Of a DNA stretch of 64,000 nt, positions 13,790 through 26,633 are shown piece by piece (the first letter of the stretch is position 1; each line of letters opens with the position of its first letter). Under the pieces are notes generated by a model. That model did no database searches. It was given only the letters and a program-made list of their open reading frames with translations, and was not told where the DNA came from. Source of the stretch: Squalus acanthias (lineage: Eukaryota); the NCBI GenBank assembly GCA_030390025.1, contig CM059449.1, forward strand, positions 38,316,001 through 38,380,000, read 5' to 3'. Both the position numbers and the translations under genes were made by a program.

Positions 13790-14040
13790 TTAATAGTTGA
13801 TGTCAGGAAGCACCTATTCACAGAAAGGGTAGTGGAAATCTAGATCACAAAAAAAACTGTTGAGCCTAGGCCAGCTGAAAATAAAAAAAAATGAGATTCA
13901 TAGATTTTTGGGGGTAAGTGTATTAAGGGATTCAGATCCCGGGTGGATAGATGGAGTTAAGACACAGATCAGCCATGATCTAATTGAATGGCGGAACAGG
14001 CTCGAGTGATTGACTGGCCTGCACCAGTTCCAATGTTCAG
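13790..14040 (+). mobile_element. CR1 3' end fragment
   Basis: gatcagccatgatctaattgaatggcggaacaggctcgag 3' UTR motif. Confidence 0.75.
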
Positions 14041-14067
14041 AGATGTTTTATTCTGATGACAGGTAAA

Positions 14068-14290
14068 GGAAAAAAAAGAAAGACTTGCATTGATACAGCA
14101 CCTTTCATGACCACCGGACGTTCCAAAGCGCTTTACAGTCAATGAAGCAATTTTGAAGTGTAGTCACTGTTGTATTGTAGGGAATGCGGCAGAAATTTCC
14201 GCACAGCAAGCTCCCACAAAAATCAATGTGATAATGACCAGATAATCTGTTTTTAAATATATTGGGCTGTAGACGTGGGCCAGGGAGCAC
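14068..14290 (-). mobile_element. DeuSINE/L2-type SINE 3' part
   Basis: Reverse complement matches 41590-41810. Confidence 0.7.
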
Positions 14291-14324
14291 CTTTCCAGTA
14301 ACATAAATACAATGCATATTACGA

Positions 14325-14465
14325 ATACAAAAGAACGATACTGTGGATGCTGGAAATCTGAAATAAAAACAGAAAATGCTGGGAATACTCATCAGGTCAG
14401 GCAGCCTCTGTGGAGAGAGAAACAGAGTTAATGGTTCAAGTCGATGACCTTTCGTCAGAACTTTA
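14325..14465 (-). mobile_element. Penelope-like terminal repeat fragment
   Basis: Reverse complement of 15785-15920; third copy at 22685. Confidence 0.7.
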
Positions 14466-15389
14466 CGAATGTTTGTTTCAGAAACTACAATAGTGCTGAC
14501 AATCGTCATGTAATATTTACAAATTATACAAATATAAACAAGACTGAGAGCAAGTGTTTCATTCAGTGATTTTGTTCCAAAACAGATTATCTTTATTTTG
14601 TAAAAAAAAATGTAGCAATTACTTTCCTGAACTATTGATTTCAAAGGAGTTCTTGAAATGATTTTTTCACATACTGTGAAAACAATGAGTTAGATATTCA
14701 CAGGGGAAAATACAATTCAGCAGATTTGAAACTAGCACACCTGGCGTGAAACAGAGGGAGCGGCTCGAGCGCCCATTTTACACCCAACACAAATTTACTG
14801 CACATGTGTGTAAATTGTGGGAACGAGGGAACCTGAGCACCTGAATTGTTCTTTCTGGGCTGTCGGTGAGACCAGCACACGATGAGTTAAAAGCTAAGAC
14901 CGTTTTCTGCTGAGCATGGGTTGTAAATGGTGTAAGGGGATTTCAAAACACGGAAAGTGGAATAGTAGAATGTGTAAGAGTCATTCAGACATATCTGTAA
15001 TGGTCTGGAATATGTCAGCTTCGTCACTTGTGTTTAGACAATTGGGAGGAGTTTATTACGGCAATAAACATATTAGAACAGTTAGGTGCATGTCTGTTGG
15101 GTTTTATGTTGTTATTCTGTTGGCATTTGTATGCATTTTTCAGGTGCTATGATTTATTGGTGGTATGCATGTCACGTGGTGATGAAAGGTGAAATTTGGT
15201 ATAAGAAATGTGAGCGAACGACTGTTTAGCAGCTCACACTGGAATCGTGAAATGTGATTCTCAGCAGCAGCTCATACTGGTTGTGGTGTGATATTTCAAT
15301 AAAGACTGATCTTGCATTGCTATAACTGTGTATGTGTGTCTGTAATTTGTCTTTTAACGTAACGGGACGAAAAATAAAAAGAAAGCAGT

Positions 15390-15920
15390 CCAACATAAAT
15401 GTGCGGTTCGGTCTCCTACACTGTGCCAATGAAGTTCAATGTAAACTCGAGGGACGGCTCCTCATCTTTCGATTAGGCACTCTACCGCCCTCTGGACTCA
15501 ACAACGAGTTCAACAATTTCAGATCATTACCTCTGTCCCCATTTTTCAGATGGCAATTGTTAATTAATCTGCTATTCCCATTTACACCTCTTCTTGACCC
15601 ATCTTTTGTTACTTTACTTGTCCCATTACCATCGCCTTTTGCCTTGTACAATCATACCTTTTTTTTATTTAATCTCTCCTGCATTCCACCCTATCACAGA
15701 CTTTCGCTTTTGTTCTTTCCTCTCCTCCCCACATTCCCTGCCTATGCACTTGCTTAAAGCCTGTTACATCTCTAACGTTTTTTCCAGTTCTGACGAAAGA
15801 TCATCGATCGAAAACGTTAACTCTGTTTCTCGTTCCACAAATGCTGCCTGACCTGCTGTTATTTCCAGAATTTTCTGTTTTTGTTTCAGATTTCCAGCAT
15901 CCGACGAATTTTGCTTCTGT
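15390..15920 (+). mobile_element. Penelope-like element 3' end (GIY-YIG C-terminus plus terminal repeat)
   Basis: LLHCANEVQCKLEGRLLIFRLGTLPPSGLNNEF resembles the PLE endonuclease C-terminus. Confidence 0.75.
15786..15822 (+). ncRNA. Minimal hammerhead ribozyme motif in the Penelope repeat
   Basis: AGTT-CTGACGA-aaGATCatcGATC-GAAA-ACGTT-AACT: core boxes, stem II, palindromic stem III, AGTT/AACT stem I. Confidence 0.55.
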
Positions 15921-16084
15921 GTTGCAATCTGGTTGACTCTTAACTGCCCTCTGAAATGGCCTAGCAAGCCATTCAGTTGTGCTAAACCTCTACGAAAAAC
16001 AATAATAAGAATAAAACCGGAAGGACCACCCAGCATCGACCTCGGCACCGACTTCGGACATGACAACGGCTCCAGTCGAATCAA

Positions 16085-17400
16085 CATAAACCTGCTCACC
16101 GATGCTCAGTTGGTGTTCCGCAAGGAACACGCTGCTCCAGACCTCATTACAGCTTTAGTCCAAACATCCCTAAAGGAATTTATTATGGAACCGTTCAAGA
16201 ACCAATTATATTCAGCTGCTTCCCAATGACTATCCCTCCATAATAAAGTCGCAATTGGGGCTGTTCGCTGATGACTGCATAGTGTTCAGCTCCATTTTCA
16301 ATTACTCCGACAATGAAGCAGTCTGTGCCCGCATACAGCAAAACCAGTAGTGATGTCATAAGCTGAGAGGATTGGCCTTCTACGACCAGAACCATCTACT
16401 TTTCTGTTAGGTATGACTGCAGCCAATGGAGTTTTCTCCTTTATCCCCATTGACTTCAATTTTACTAGGGCTTCTTGATGCCACACTTGGTCAAATTCTG
16501 CCTTGATATCAAGGACAGTCAGTCTCACCTCACCTTGAATTCAGCTCTTTTATCCATGTTTGGAATAACGCTGTAATAAGGTCTGTAGCAGTGTGGTCCT
16601 TGCAGATCTCAAACTCCAGGCTTAGTCTGGTTCGTGGCAAGTAACCTTCGCACTAAACAAATGCCAGGCAGCGACCATCACCAACAAGAGAGTTTAACCA
16701 AATCCCCATGACATCCACTGGCATTAACATCGCCGCGTCCCCCACTATCAACGTTCTGGGCGGCCACCATTGACCAGAAACTCAACTGGACCAGCCATAT
16801 AAATTTAGTGGCTACTGCAGCAGCTCAGAGGCTGGGCATTCTACAGCGAACGGGTAACCTCCTTACCCCCAAAACCCCTCCACCACCTGAAAGGCAAAAG
16901 TCAGGACTCTGATGGACTACTCTCCATTGATTCGATGTGTGCAGCTGACAGAAGATCGATACCATCCAGGACAAAGCAGTCCACTTGAATGACAGCCCAT
17001 CCAACACCTTAAACATCAACCCCTCCACCACCAGCTCACCATGGTTACTGTGTGTACTAACTACAGGATGCACCTAAGCAACTCGCCAAGACTTCTTCGG
17101 CAGCACCTCCCACACTCCCGACTTCTACCACTTAAAACGACAAGGGCATTAGTTGTATAGGAAAACCACAACCTCCAAGTTACCTTCCAAATCACAGACC
17201 ATCACGACTTAGAAACATAACGCCGTTCTTACATCGGCGCTGCGGCAAAATCCTGGAACTACCTATCCAACAACATTGTCGGAGTAACTGCACCACATGG
17301 ACTGCAGTCATTTAAGAAGGCCCATCACCAACTTCTCAAGCGCAACTTGGTATCGGCAATAACTGCTGGCCTTGCCAGAGATGCCATATCCCGAGAATGA
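16085..17400 (+). mobile_element. Degenerate non-LTR retrotransposon RT remnant with an internal inversion
   Basis: + strand DAQLVFRKEHAAPDLITALVQT and FADD-like region; - strand LDIKAEFDQVWHQEALVKLKSMGI at ~16350-16610. Confidence 0.7.
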
Positions 17401-17409
17401 ATGAAAAAA

Positions 17410-18160
17410 TGAATTTCAATCCAGTTTGCTACCCGTCCCCTAATTCCACGACTGTTAATCTTTTCTGCTAATGTCCTTCGTCGCATTTTCTCAAAGACCT
17501 TCTCAAACTCCCAGTATACCACATTCGCCCTCCGTGCCATGTCTGTTACCTCCTCAAATCAGTCTATGAGATTTTTCAAGCACAATCATCACTTTTGAAA
17601 TTCTTGCTGGCAACTTATAATTATTTTTCTTTATCTAGATACGTGACAATATCATCCTTAGTGAAATATTCTAAAATCTCCCTACCACAGAATTTAGTCC
17701 AACTGGCTTGTAATTACAAGGATTACCTCTGTGTCCTTCAAAAGAAAATAGGATGCTACATTTATGACTCTCCAGTCATCGAGCCCAAATCCACGCTCAA
17801 TGATGCCATGATGTATACGTTTTAGGACCTCTGCAATGTCCTCCCTCATCTCATAGGAACATAACAACTCAGGGACACAGGAACAGGAGTCGGCCATTCA
17901 GCTCTTTGACCCTGATCGGCCATTCAGTTAGATCGTGGCTGATATGTACATCTACTCCATGTATCTGTCTTTGCTCCATATCCCTTGATACCCTTATCCA
18001 ACAAAAATCTATCGATCTCAGTCTTACAATTATCAAATAACACCCAGCATCCACAGCCTTTTGAGTGAAAGAGTTCCAGAGTTCCACTACCCTTTGTGTG
18101 AAAAACTACACCCTGATTTCACTAGTGAATGGTCTAGGTCTAATTTGCGGATCACGCCCC
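17410..18160 (-). mobile_element. CR1 fragments
   Basis: NVVYWEFEKVFEK (degenerate RT motif); ELWNS..QKAVDA and 3' UTR. Confidence 0.75.
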
Positions 18161-19127
18161 TCAGCTTATCTACCTTAGGATCCGAGGATGTATTAATGGA
18201 TGGTGGTGCCATCTCATTTGAATAGAACCAGTGGTAACCTGCGGCTCAGTAGTCACATCTTGAAAGTTTCTAGGGGGGGAAAATAATTTGCAGGAACTGT
18301 TTGTGTAAGGAATTTTAGTAAGTTGCCGATAATAGTGTTGGCGCTAACAGTCCCACTGGGGGTCCAAGCCATAGGTTTGTCTCTCCAACTGGACCCCAGT
18401 TGCACTGCTGAGCAGATCTGTGCACCAGGCCCATTCAGCGTCCAGGTGTCTGAGTGATAGGGGAGGCCAGGAGCGAGGAGACTCCCATCATGAGAATTGC
18501 CTCCCTCCATCGCACCTGCTTCAGCGCATCCCATCCTATTTGAGGCGGACGGAGTTTCTGCCCCAATTGGGTTCTCTGAGAAATTCGCAGCCTAGTTCTG
18601 GAGCCCCAGTATTTGTGATTCACCCAATTATCCTGAGGTCGCACTGTAGTCGAGGATGACTTACACCACGAGTCTGCCAATCGCTCGGTGAAAATTCAGG
18701 ACCAGTTAGCTACAAACATTGATAGTGCCATACTTATCGACAAACAACCCATATAATATCAATACTACATATGCGTGATTGGTAATGTGAAAACATTTGA
18801 ATGAAACCCTCGCCTTAGATTGATATGACACATGACTCAGTAACTGCATCTTTCAAAATAACTAGAAATCCAAAAATAATTAAAGTAATATTATCGTGGT
18901 CATGTTCCTCATTACCACTGGGAAATGTGAATAACAAGGTTCTATTCCCGCTGAGCAGCGGAGTAGTATCAGCTGTTTAATCGTTGTTTTACGTGACTGC
19001 GACTAATATCAATTATTACCTGACCTAATTGTCCACTTGAAATGTTTCAAAAGTATAATTCGGTTTCATTTAAATACATCCCATCGGTGTAAGAATCACA
19101 CCAAGAGCTAACTTCGCCTCTAAGAAA

Positions 19128-19197
19128 ATGGAACGACCTATAATTCCACAGATAGAAGAAATTTACTATCCTATTCGTCCACTGGTTGTTGTTCCTG
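19128..19197 (+). pseudogene. Orphan exon 1 of GPCR copy 2 (MERPIIPQIEEIYYPIRPLVVVP); no exon 2 seen
   Basis: 70 nt, cctg|gtaagt donor, homologous upstream and intron-start sequence; R and P in the TM1 start. Confidence 0.75.
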
Positions 19198-20695
19198 GTA
19201 AGTTACTATAATCAGTTATTCCTTGTTTTCCAGAGTGTGATTCTATTACTGCTCTTGCTGCCGGTCTAATAATGTCATCTGTTCAGATGTACAGTTCAAA
19301 TTATTGTCAGTGAAATAGTTTAATACAATGTAATCGCTACGGCCTAATATATATGTAAACATCAGTTTGATTAATGTGTAGCCGGTATCACTCACTGTGG
19401 GTGAATATACTGAGTTGAGTAAACCTGTTACATAGGAGCCAATGGTCGTCCCACAATCCTATTGTTGTATTAGTTATTCAACATTATAACTCAACTTCAT
19501 TTCAAGCTGTAGTTATGTTTTGTTAAGCCAGGTTATTTAAACGTCAACAGTTTGCATTTATATACTGCCTTTAATGTAGAAAAACATCCACATCGCTGAC
19601 AACATCCATGTTCCCAATACAGACTTTGAAATAATGTTGTACACGGTGCACATCTGGTACATCTTCGGGAATTCCTTTTCCAAAGTTGCGAACAGAATGA
19701 TTTTCCGTCGTTTCGCCTGTCCCTTTAATGTAAATGATCCAGTGTGTTTGTAATCTTAGCTTTTTGCAAGTGAAATGTTTTCATACATTCCTAACATTTG
19801 ATGCAGGTGGTTCTTTCATCTAATGAGTCGGGATAGGAGAGCGGCCTCTCAAAACACACTTCTGGGAACAGCCTAATTCTGCAACAGCCAGTTCCATCCA
19901 AGGAACCCGAGATAGAGGAGCGCACCCTCAATAATCACTCAACAAACCCTCGCTCATCCTTGTGCCACGGCGATTATAAGCCTGACCAGTGGGAAGCCCG
20001 ATATATTAGGACTGTTTCCCCTGTTTGATCAGTTTGCACTTCTATTCTGATTAATTTATAAACCATTGCAGTGCCGCGAGATTCCTTCAGGGAAGATGCG
20101 CTCCTGTTACATTCCTCAAACAGCTAATTAACTTATCTGGAAAAACTCTAAGATCTGGGAGTAGTTTAAAATAGTGTTTAAGTTAACAATTAAATTCATG
20201 ATTTATGTTCTCGTATATTCTTTATTCCTTCTATAAAATTATGCCCCGAGCTGTACAATTTGAAAAAGAGATGTAATCCGCCCCACATAGAGCACAGGAA
20301 TGAGTGTCGGACAGACTCCAGTACAAATCATTGCAGTAAAAGAGCGACTGTTATTAAACTGTGGACTGAGTATTCAAGACGGTTCAATGGCGAGATAAAT
20401 TGGGCAACTAATAAAAATTAAACATCTATGGTACAAATTCGACGTAGTTCATATATAGGAAGCGAGGCAAAATAAAAAAGTTGTTCAAAGACCCTTAATG
20501 TATTTAGACTAACTGTGGAAATTTCAGACAATCGATTCAACGCACACACAAGACATATTCAGCACCTGCATTGCTATTTTGCAATGTTCTGAACATTGAT
20601 TGAAAGATTCGCTGATTTTTTGATTGATTCATTCATTTATTGATCGTTGATTCTTGATTTTTTGATTCCGGGATTCACTGATTCGTTGATTCATT

Positions 20696-20970
20696 GGGCT
20701 ATTTTGACTTTGGACGATAGTGTAAAGCAGGCGATTTCGGTTCAACCGCCTCTTATACATCTCTCCCGATGTTTACTTCCTTTGACTTCAATGGAAATGA
20801 ATGTTAGGAGAGAATTATAATGGGCAGCTGATCCGATATCGCACGTTTTACGCTATCGCCCAGTTTTACATCTCTCCCGATTATGAATTCTAATGGGAAA
20901 AGAAATCGGGAGAGATGTAAAATGGTCTGACTACTCGCTATCATCCCGTTACACTAATGCACAAAATCAG
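20696..20970. mobile_element. Short palindromic MITE (family B), composite copy
   Basis: Fold-back arms around a ccattgacttcaatgg-type core; many dispersed copies. Confidence 0.7.
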
Positions 20971-21279
20971 GATCAACCCCCTGGTCATCTCAGCTCGCCA
21001 CTTGTGTGTTCTCAGTAATTGCATAGACGATGCACTAATGTTTCTGATCACCGCATTGCCGATATCACAGTCCCAGAAATAAAGGATAACAGTCGAATCT
21101 CTGTAATCTATGGCTTGATTGGCCAAGAACACTCCCACTCCAACATTATGCAACTTCTGTGGGGCCAGCGCCCTGTTGTCTCCATTTATATTTAAATAAT
21201 CCTTCTCCGCGCATTTGGCATGGGATCGCCATCAGGTGAAATGAACAGTGACAGTGACATTGACACTCCCAGTACTAAT

Positions 21280-22120
21280 TTATTTACTGATTGGTTTCTT
21301 TCAGGGCGGATGCAGCTGAAGGCATTAACTGGAGTTCGGGTATTAATGCACTCGGCCATGTCTCCAAATTCATGGCCTACCTGATCCCAATACAGCGGAG
21401 CGAGCAGTTATTGCTGCCGCCCCAGGCCGCAACTGGTGGAACCTCCATTCAAAGGGAAGCCCCGTGTGTCCATTCTGTGGTTAAGAGGATGGTGGCGCGA
21501 TAGTGAATTGCACTGTCCAGTATTTGGCCCCCATGTATCTTCTTATACCCGCTCTTCATCAACTCAGGGATCAAACGAGCGATCGTTTTTCCAATCAGCA
21601 ACTGGGTTCGACTTTCCTTAGGGGGAATGGAGGTAGGCGGTAACTCCAGGATGACATGCCTGAGTGGAGGTGCAGAATCACGCTATTGTTCTGTGATCAA
21701 TTCAATAAAATGGTACCAGGACAAGACACATGTGCACTCTTCTGGTACCCTGCTGACGATTTGTCAGCCAGTCTGGATCACTGGTGGACCCCTGATGGGT
21801 CGATGTGTTGTTGGGAGTCACGATTGTTCCTCACTTGGCTCCAGATCACCTGGCATTGTAAAGCCCTAACAGGGGAGGATGTCATACTCTGACAGGCAGA
21901 AATAATCTTACTGCCTTGGTGCACTGGCAAAATGCCCGGATTTACTTGTTAAAATCCAGAAGTACCTCAGAAAGGCTCGTAAACCATGGCTGTGCTCACT
22001 CTGTGCCTAACCTTTCTGAATTTGGGTAAACGGGTGTCTTCCCGTGGGCAAACGTTGTGTAGGTTCTGTCAAGCAGCCAGATGTTCTGCAAGCATAGATA
22101 TTTTAGTAAGTTGGCTTGGA
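21280..22120 (-). mobile_element. Possible Tx1/L1-clade LINE remnant
   Basis: Degenerate; partial resemblance to the Tx1-like end at 50990-51410. Confidence 0.35.
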
Positions 22121-22684
22121 GACTCTTAGACATGATGACCGACTTTTGTGTCTGCCAATTGCGTTTCTTCTGTAGTTAAGTGTGGATTCAGTCTGCGTGC
22201 TGCAAGAACCCAATGACAGCAATGTGACGGAGGACCGGTTAAGCTGCGTTGGTGCTTTTGATTTAGGGACGTGTTTTGACCAGAAAATGGAGAGAGCTCA
22301 CCTCTCTTTTCATACTGCCATAGGGACTTTAACGTGACCCAAAACAGAAAGATGGCTCCTGGCTCAATGTATCGCTCTATCAATTGACCCGTGACAAAGT
22401 GGCGCTCCTTCAGTGGAACATCCGCTCAACTCCTGGGCCAAGTTTGAACCAACAGCCTTCTAAACCAGTACTGAGTGTTCTATCGGTTCTACAAAGCTGA
22501 TTTATAAACAGAAATGATGTGAGACTTTTCAGGATAATTCCAATGTTTAAGTATTTATTTTGTTCAACCTTTTTAAATTAATGATTAGGATATTCTGGGC
22601 AGATGCTGAATTTATGACAAGCAATCCCGCCCGGGCTAACTCGTATACTGAGGCACTGAGAAGAAATTGACCCCTTATAATTCA

Positions 22685-22856
22685 ACAGCAAAATACTGCG
22701 GATGCTGGAAATCTGAATTAAAAACAGAAAATGCTGGAAATACTCAGCAGGTCAGGCAGCATCTGTGGAGAGAGAAGCAGAGTTAACGTTTCAGCTCGAT
22801 GACGGAAGGTTATGGAGCTGCTGAGTATTTCCAGTATTTGCTGTTTGTATTTCAGT
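22685..22856. mobile_element. Penelope-derived fold-back repeat
   Basis: aaatgctggaaatactcagcag...ctgctgagtatttccagtattt inverted pair. Confidence 0.7.
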
Positions 22857-23604
22857 AATCCCCTTATGATTGTTTATCAGCCCCGACTGTTCTTTAGCAG
22901 TGATAATAGTTTCAGCTGTAATAGTTCGATTTTCGTCAAATTGACCGTTTGAATAAAAACTAATAAAACGGGTGCGGTGCCGCAATGTCCGGGCGTTTTT
23001 CAATTTTCCTTCATCAAATCTAATGTAAAACTGCGCCAGCAGCCGCAGTAAACTTCATATTCTTCATAAGGAAGTGTATATTTCACTCAGTCTCACAGGA
23101 AATATTAAAGATCAAATGATGTATTTGAGACATGACCAAGTGTTTTAATTCTCTATTTAACCAATCTCGTCTAATTCCATTTCCCTGCTTGAGCCCATCC
23201 CCATCAAATCTTCCCTTTCAAACAAGGCAATTTCAAATGAATGATGTGCTATTATTGATTTAAATGTAATTTTCAAACCAATTTACAAAAGTGAATGAAG
23301 CACGCATTTTACAACATGACTTATCATTTAATGTTGCTTCTGATTTTAAAGCTGTGAGTTTGATTACGGACATAAGAATAAATACACCCATTGCAATCTC
23401 ATCGATCTTTCTTTCAGTCTTTGGAAATCTGTAAATTAACTTGTCGTCATTTACAATCCGAGCAGAGATTTGAATAGCCAGCTTATAGTTGACTGGCCCA
23501 GTTTGAGGACCGGTGCACTGAAATACCCATCATCTGAAGATTCTCTCCCTTCCAGTGAAGTAACGCCTTGTAAGTTGTAAGTTCCTGCCCGGTATAAATA
23601 AATA

Positions 23605-25200
23605 CAACAACTTGCATTGATACAGCGCCTCTAACGTAGGGAAACGTCACACGGAGCTTTGCAGGAGCGTAATCAGGCTAAAATTGACACTGGGTCAAAG
23701 AACGGGATATTAGGGCGGGCGACTAAAAGCTTGGTCAAAGTGGCAAATTTTAAGGAGTGTCTTAAAGGGCGAGAGAGAGTTGGAGAGGTTTATGGAGAAA
23801 ATTTCAAAGCCTCGATAGCTGAGGGCACAGCCGCCAATGGTGGAGCCGATGAAGCTGGGGATGCGCAAGAGGCCAGATTTGGAGGGAGAGAATAAGGCTT
23901 TTATTTGGGACAAGAGCATTAAAGGTGATGATAAGGGTGTGACTGAGCTGATCGGTAGCTGCAGAAGCATCGCGATCAATGGAGCGTCAAAGGCTAGCCA
24001 GTTGGGAGTTTAAAAGTGCGATTGTAAGTGATTTTGAGGACAGTTTATTCTTGATGAACACAGAAAGAAGTGCGGTTGGAAGGGGTAGGAGGGTGTGAGT
24101 GGTGAGGGATACAAATAAGTGATTAGAGATGGTCTTGTCTGGGATTGAGATGACAGGAATAGAGAGTTGCAAAGTTCGAGGGGGTGGCCGTGAATATGCA
24201 TAGGAGAGTTTAAATGGAGGCAGAGGTTAAGGGAGGACAGGCGTGCAGTGTGCTCCAGGGAGAGAGGGCAAGGTGAGTTGAGATGGAGCTTGAAATCACC
24301 AAGGATCAGAATTCGCTCGGTGCCAATGCTGAGGGAGGAAAACAATGAGGATATCGAAAGGTGATTTTGGGCTTGTGTGGGCGATAGAGCAGGAGGATTA
24401 AAAAAGAGAGGCGATAGGGATGGGCTGCTGAAAGGGGGAGATGGTGACAGAGGAGTATTGGGACAGATCAAGGTGAGATTTAGTGACAAGGACCACACCG
24501 CACATGGCGGTTGGTCGAGACAGGTGTTGGAAGGTTTAGCTAGGCTGGAAAGCTTTAGGAAGGTGGAAGATGTCATCAACTATGAGCCAAGTTTCCATCT
24601 CGGTCATGATATCAATGTAATCATCCTCAACAAGGTTAAGGATATCAATGGCCTTATTTGCGAGTGAATGGACATTCTGGATGGAGATGCGGAGAATGGC
24701 GGTGATAGTTGATCCACTGGCAGAGTCCACGGGGTCAGCGCTGCGAGGAGTGAGTGGGACAGGAAGGAGGTGGGGAAGATTAACCAGCAGCCAACAAGCT
24801 GTGTGAGACGATCGAAGAGAGAAGAGGACGGGGAAGTTGGGGTTGTGCGCATGAGGCCTCGATTGGCCCTTCAGAGAATGTAGAGAGAGGCAAAGTGGGA
24901 GGCTTTTGGCTTATCCAAGAGGGTGTCAAGCCTGAGGGGCAGCAGGAGAGTAGAAAGGTCGAGGATTAGGGAAGGATGGGGGCAGAGATTAGGGGGTGAT
25001 TGTCAAAGTACCCGGAAGAGGAGAAATGAAAGGAAACATGACCAGGTAACAAGAAAGAGAGGAGACAAGAGAGAAGGTTCCGAGAGATAGAGAGAAGAGA
25101 AAGAAAAACGGGAGATAGAAATGACGGGCTCCTGGCCGGAGTAGCAACCAAAATACTCTGGCAAATGGACAGCAGTAAACTTAGGTTACACAGGCCTGGC
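23605..25200 (-). mobile_element. L2-like LINE: 3' tail joined directly to the AP-endonuclease region (RT apparently deleted)
   Basis: ISIQNVHSLANK..TEMETWL and ILILGDFKLHL APE motifs; tail resembles the SINE tails in this window. Confidence 0.72.
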
Positions 25201-26633
25201 AAAGGTTAGGATAGAAATGTCTTGATTGTAAATGGAGATTAGGGAGGAGACAATAAGACAGAGTCCAAAGGTAAAGTCAGAGGTCCCGTGGTGGGATGAA
25301 GTTGACTTGCTGATAGGGTGGAGTCACCATGGAGGTCCGACGAACTCATGTCCCGGTTCGGAGACAGGTGTGGAGGGCGAGTGAGTGTGTTTAACGGGCA
25401 GAGTATCAGTCGGCGCACTGCTAGAGGGGTTGTTGTTGAAAATGAAGCCAATGGCTGGCAGCGTTGGAGGACTCCCTGTCAGGACACGGTGCTGCAGATC
25501 ACAAAGTCAACTTTGTTAAAACAGATATTTTGCTCTGCTTCTGCCAATAGAATAAACAGACACCGGCAGATTTATGCCTCCATGAACTTCTATTCATGAC
25601 TGTTCTTATCTGTTTTATTCTTTTATATTAAAATTCCGTCACGATTGAACGTCATTGATTTGCTCTTCCGTAGAACAGACTTTATGTGTAAGATTCACAG
25701 TTTCCACAATGGGAATCAGTTTTACCTAAATAATCGGAAGTGATCTATCTCTGTTGTTAATCAATAGTCCTTTAATTGAATTCACGGGACTTTTCTATGT
25801 TATTTGTTTTCTTAGCCTATGTTTTACTGAAAGCATTTTGTCTCAGAATTACCAGCTTTCGTGGATTGTTGTCTGAAAGTACAGAGATATTACTGGCATG
25901 TTTTACAACATAAGAGAAAGTAATTCCATTCCAAATGATCTAACACAGAGTACAAGCATATTTACTTGTAAATTGCAGCTACATTTAAGTCATAAAATTA
26001 TATTAAACAAATGTACAAAACAACTACTTTAGCCGATATAAAATGTTATAAAATATAATCATACATCACAACATCCCTCTTATTCCATACACGTGTCAAT
26101 AAAATGGCAGGTGCAGCACTGCAGGTGTAGTCTGTGGATGGCCCTTGTTAGGTTGCAGGTCACCAGATGAGAAGGCCACGTCAGACAAAGCCACCAGTAT
26201 TTGGAATGTGTATCCAGCCACCTCGAGCACAACAGGCTTTTAGCAAGAATAATTAAGTTCTAGCCAAGTAGATAAGCAATTACAGGCACCAGAGGTGAAG
26301 CAAAGGAACTCAGATTGTATCTTCACTATTGTGCTCAGAGATCAAGGCGTGAATATTCACTGGCAATTAAATTCGGGAGGTGTAAACAAAAGGCGCATTA
26401 TCCCCGGCGGTAACCGTGACAAATGATATCTAAATGTTTGAATATCTCCCGGACTCTGATGATTCAGGCAGCGTTACTCATTGCTACTGTACATGTGTAC
26501 AGGTTGGTGAATGGGAGCTGTGTGTGCAAGGAAGGGTCACTTGATTGGATAAACAGTGTCAAATATCTGTCAGTGTCTCATTGGTATCTTAGATGCAAAT
26601 TAAGAGAAGATATTGCTTATTAGCTTACTTATT

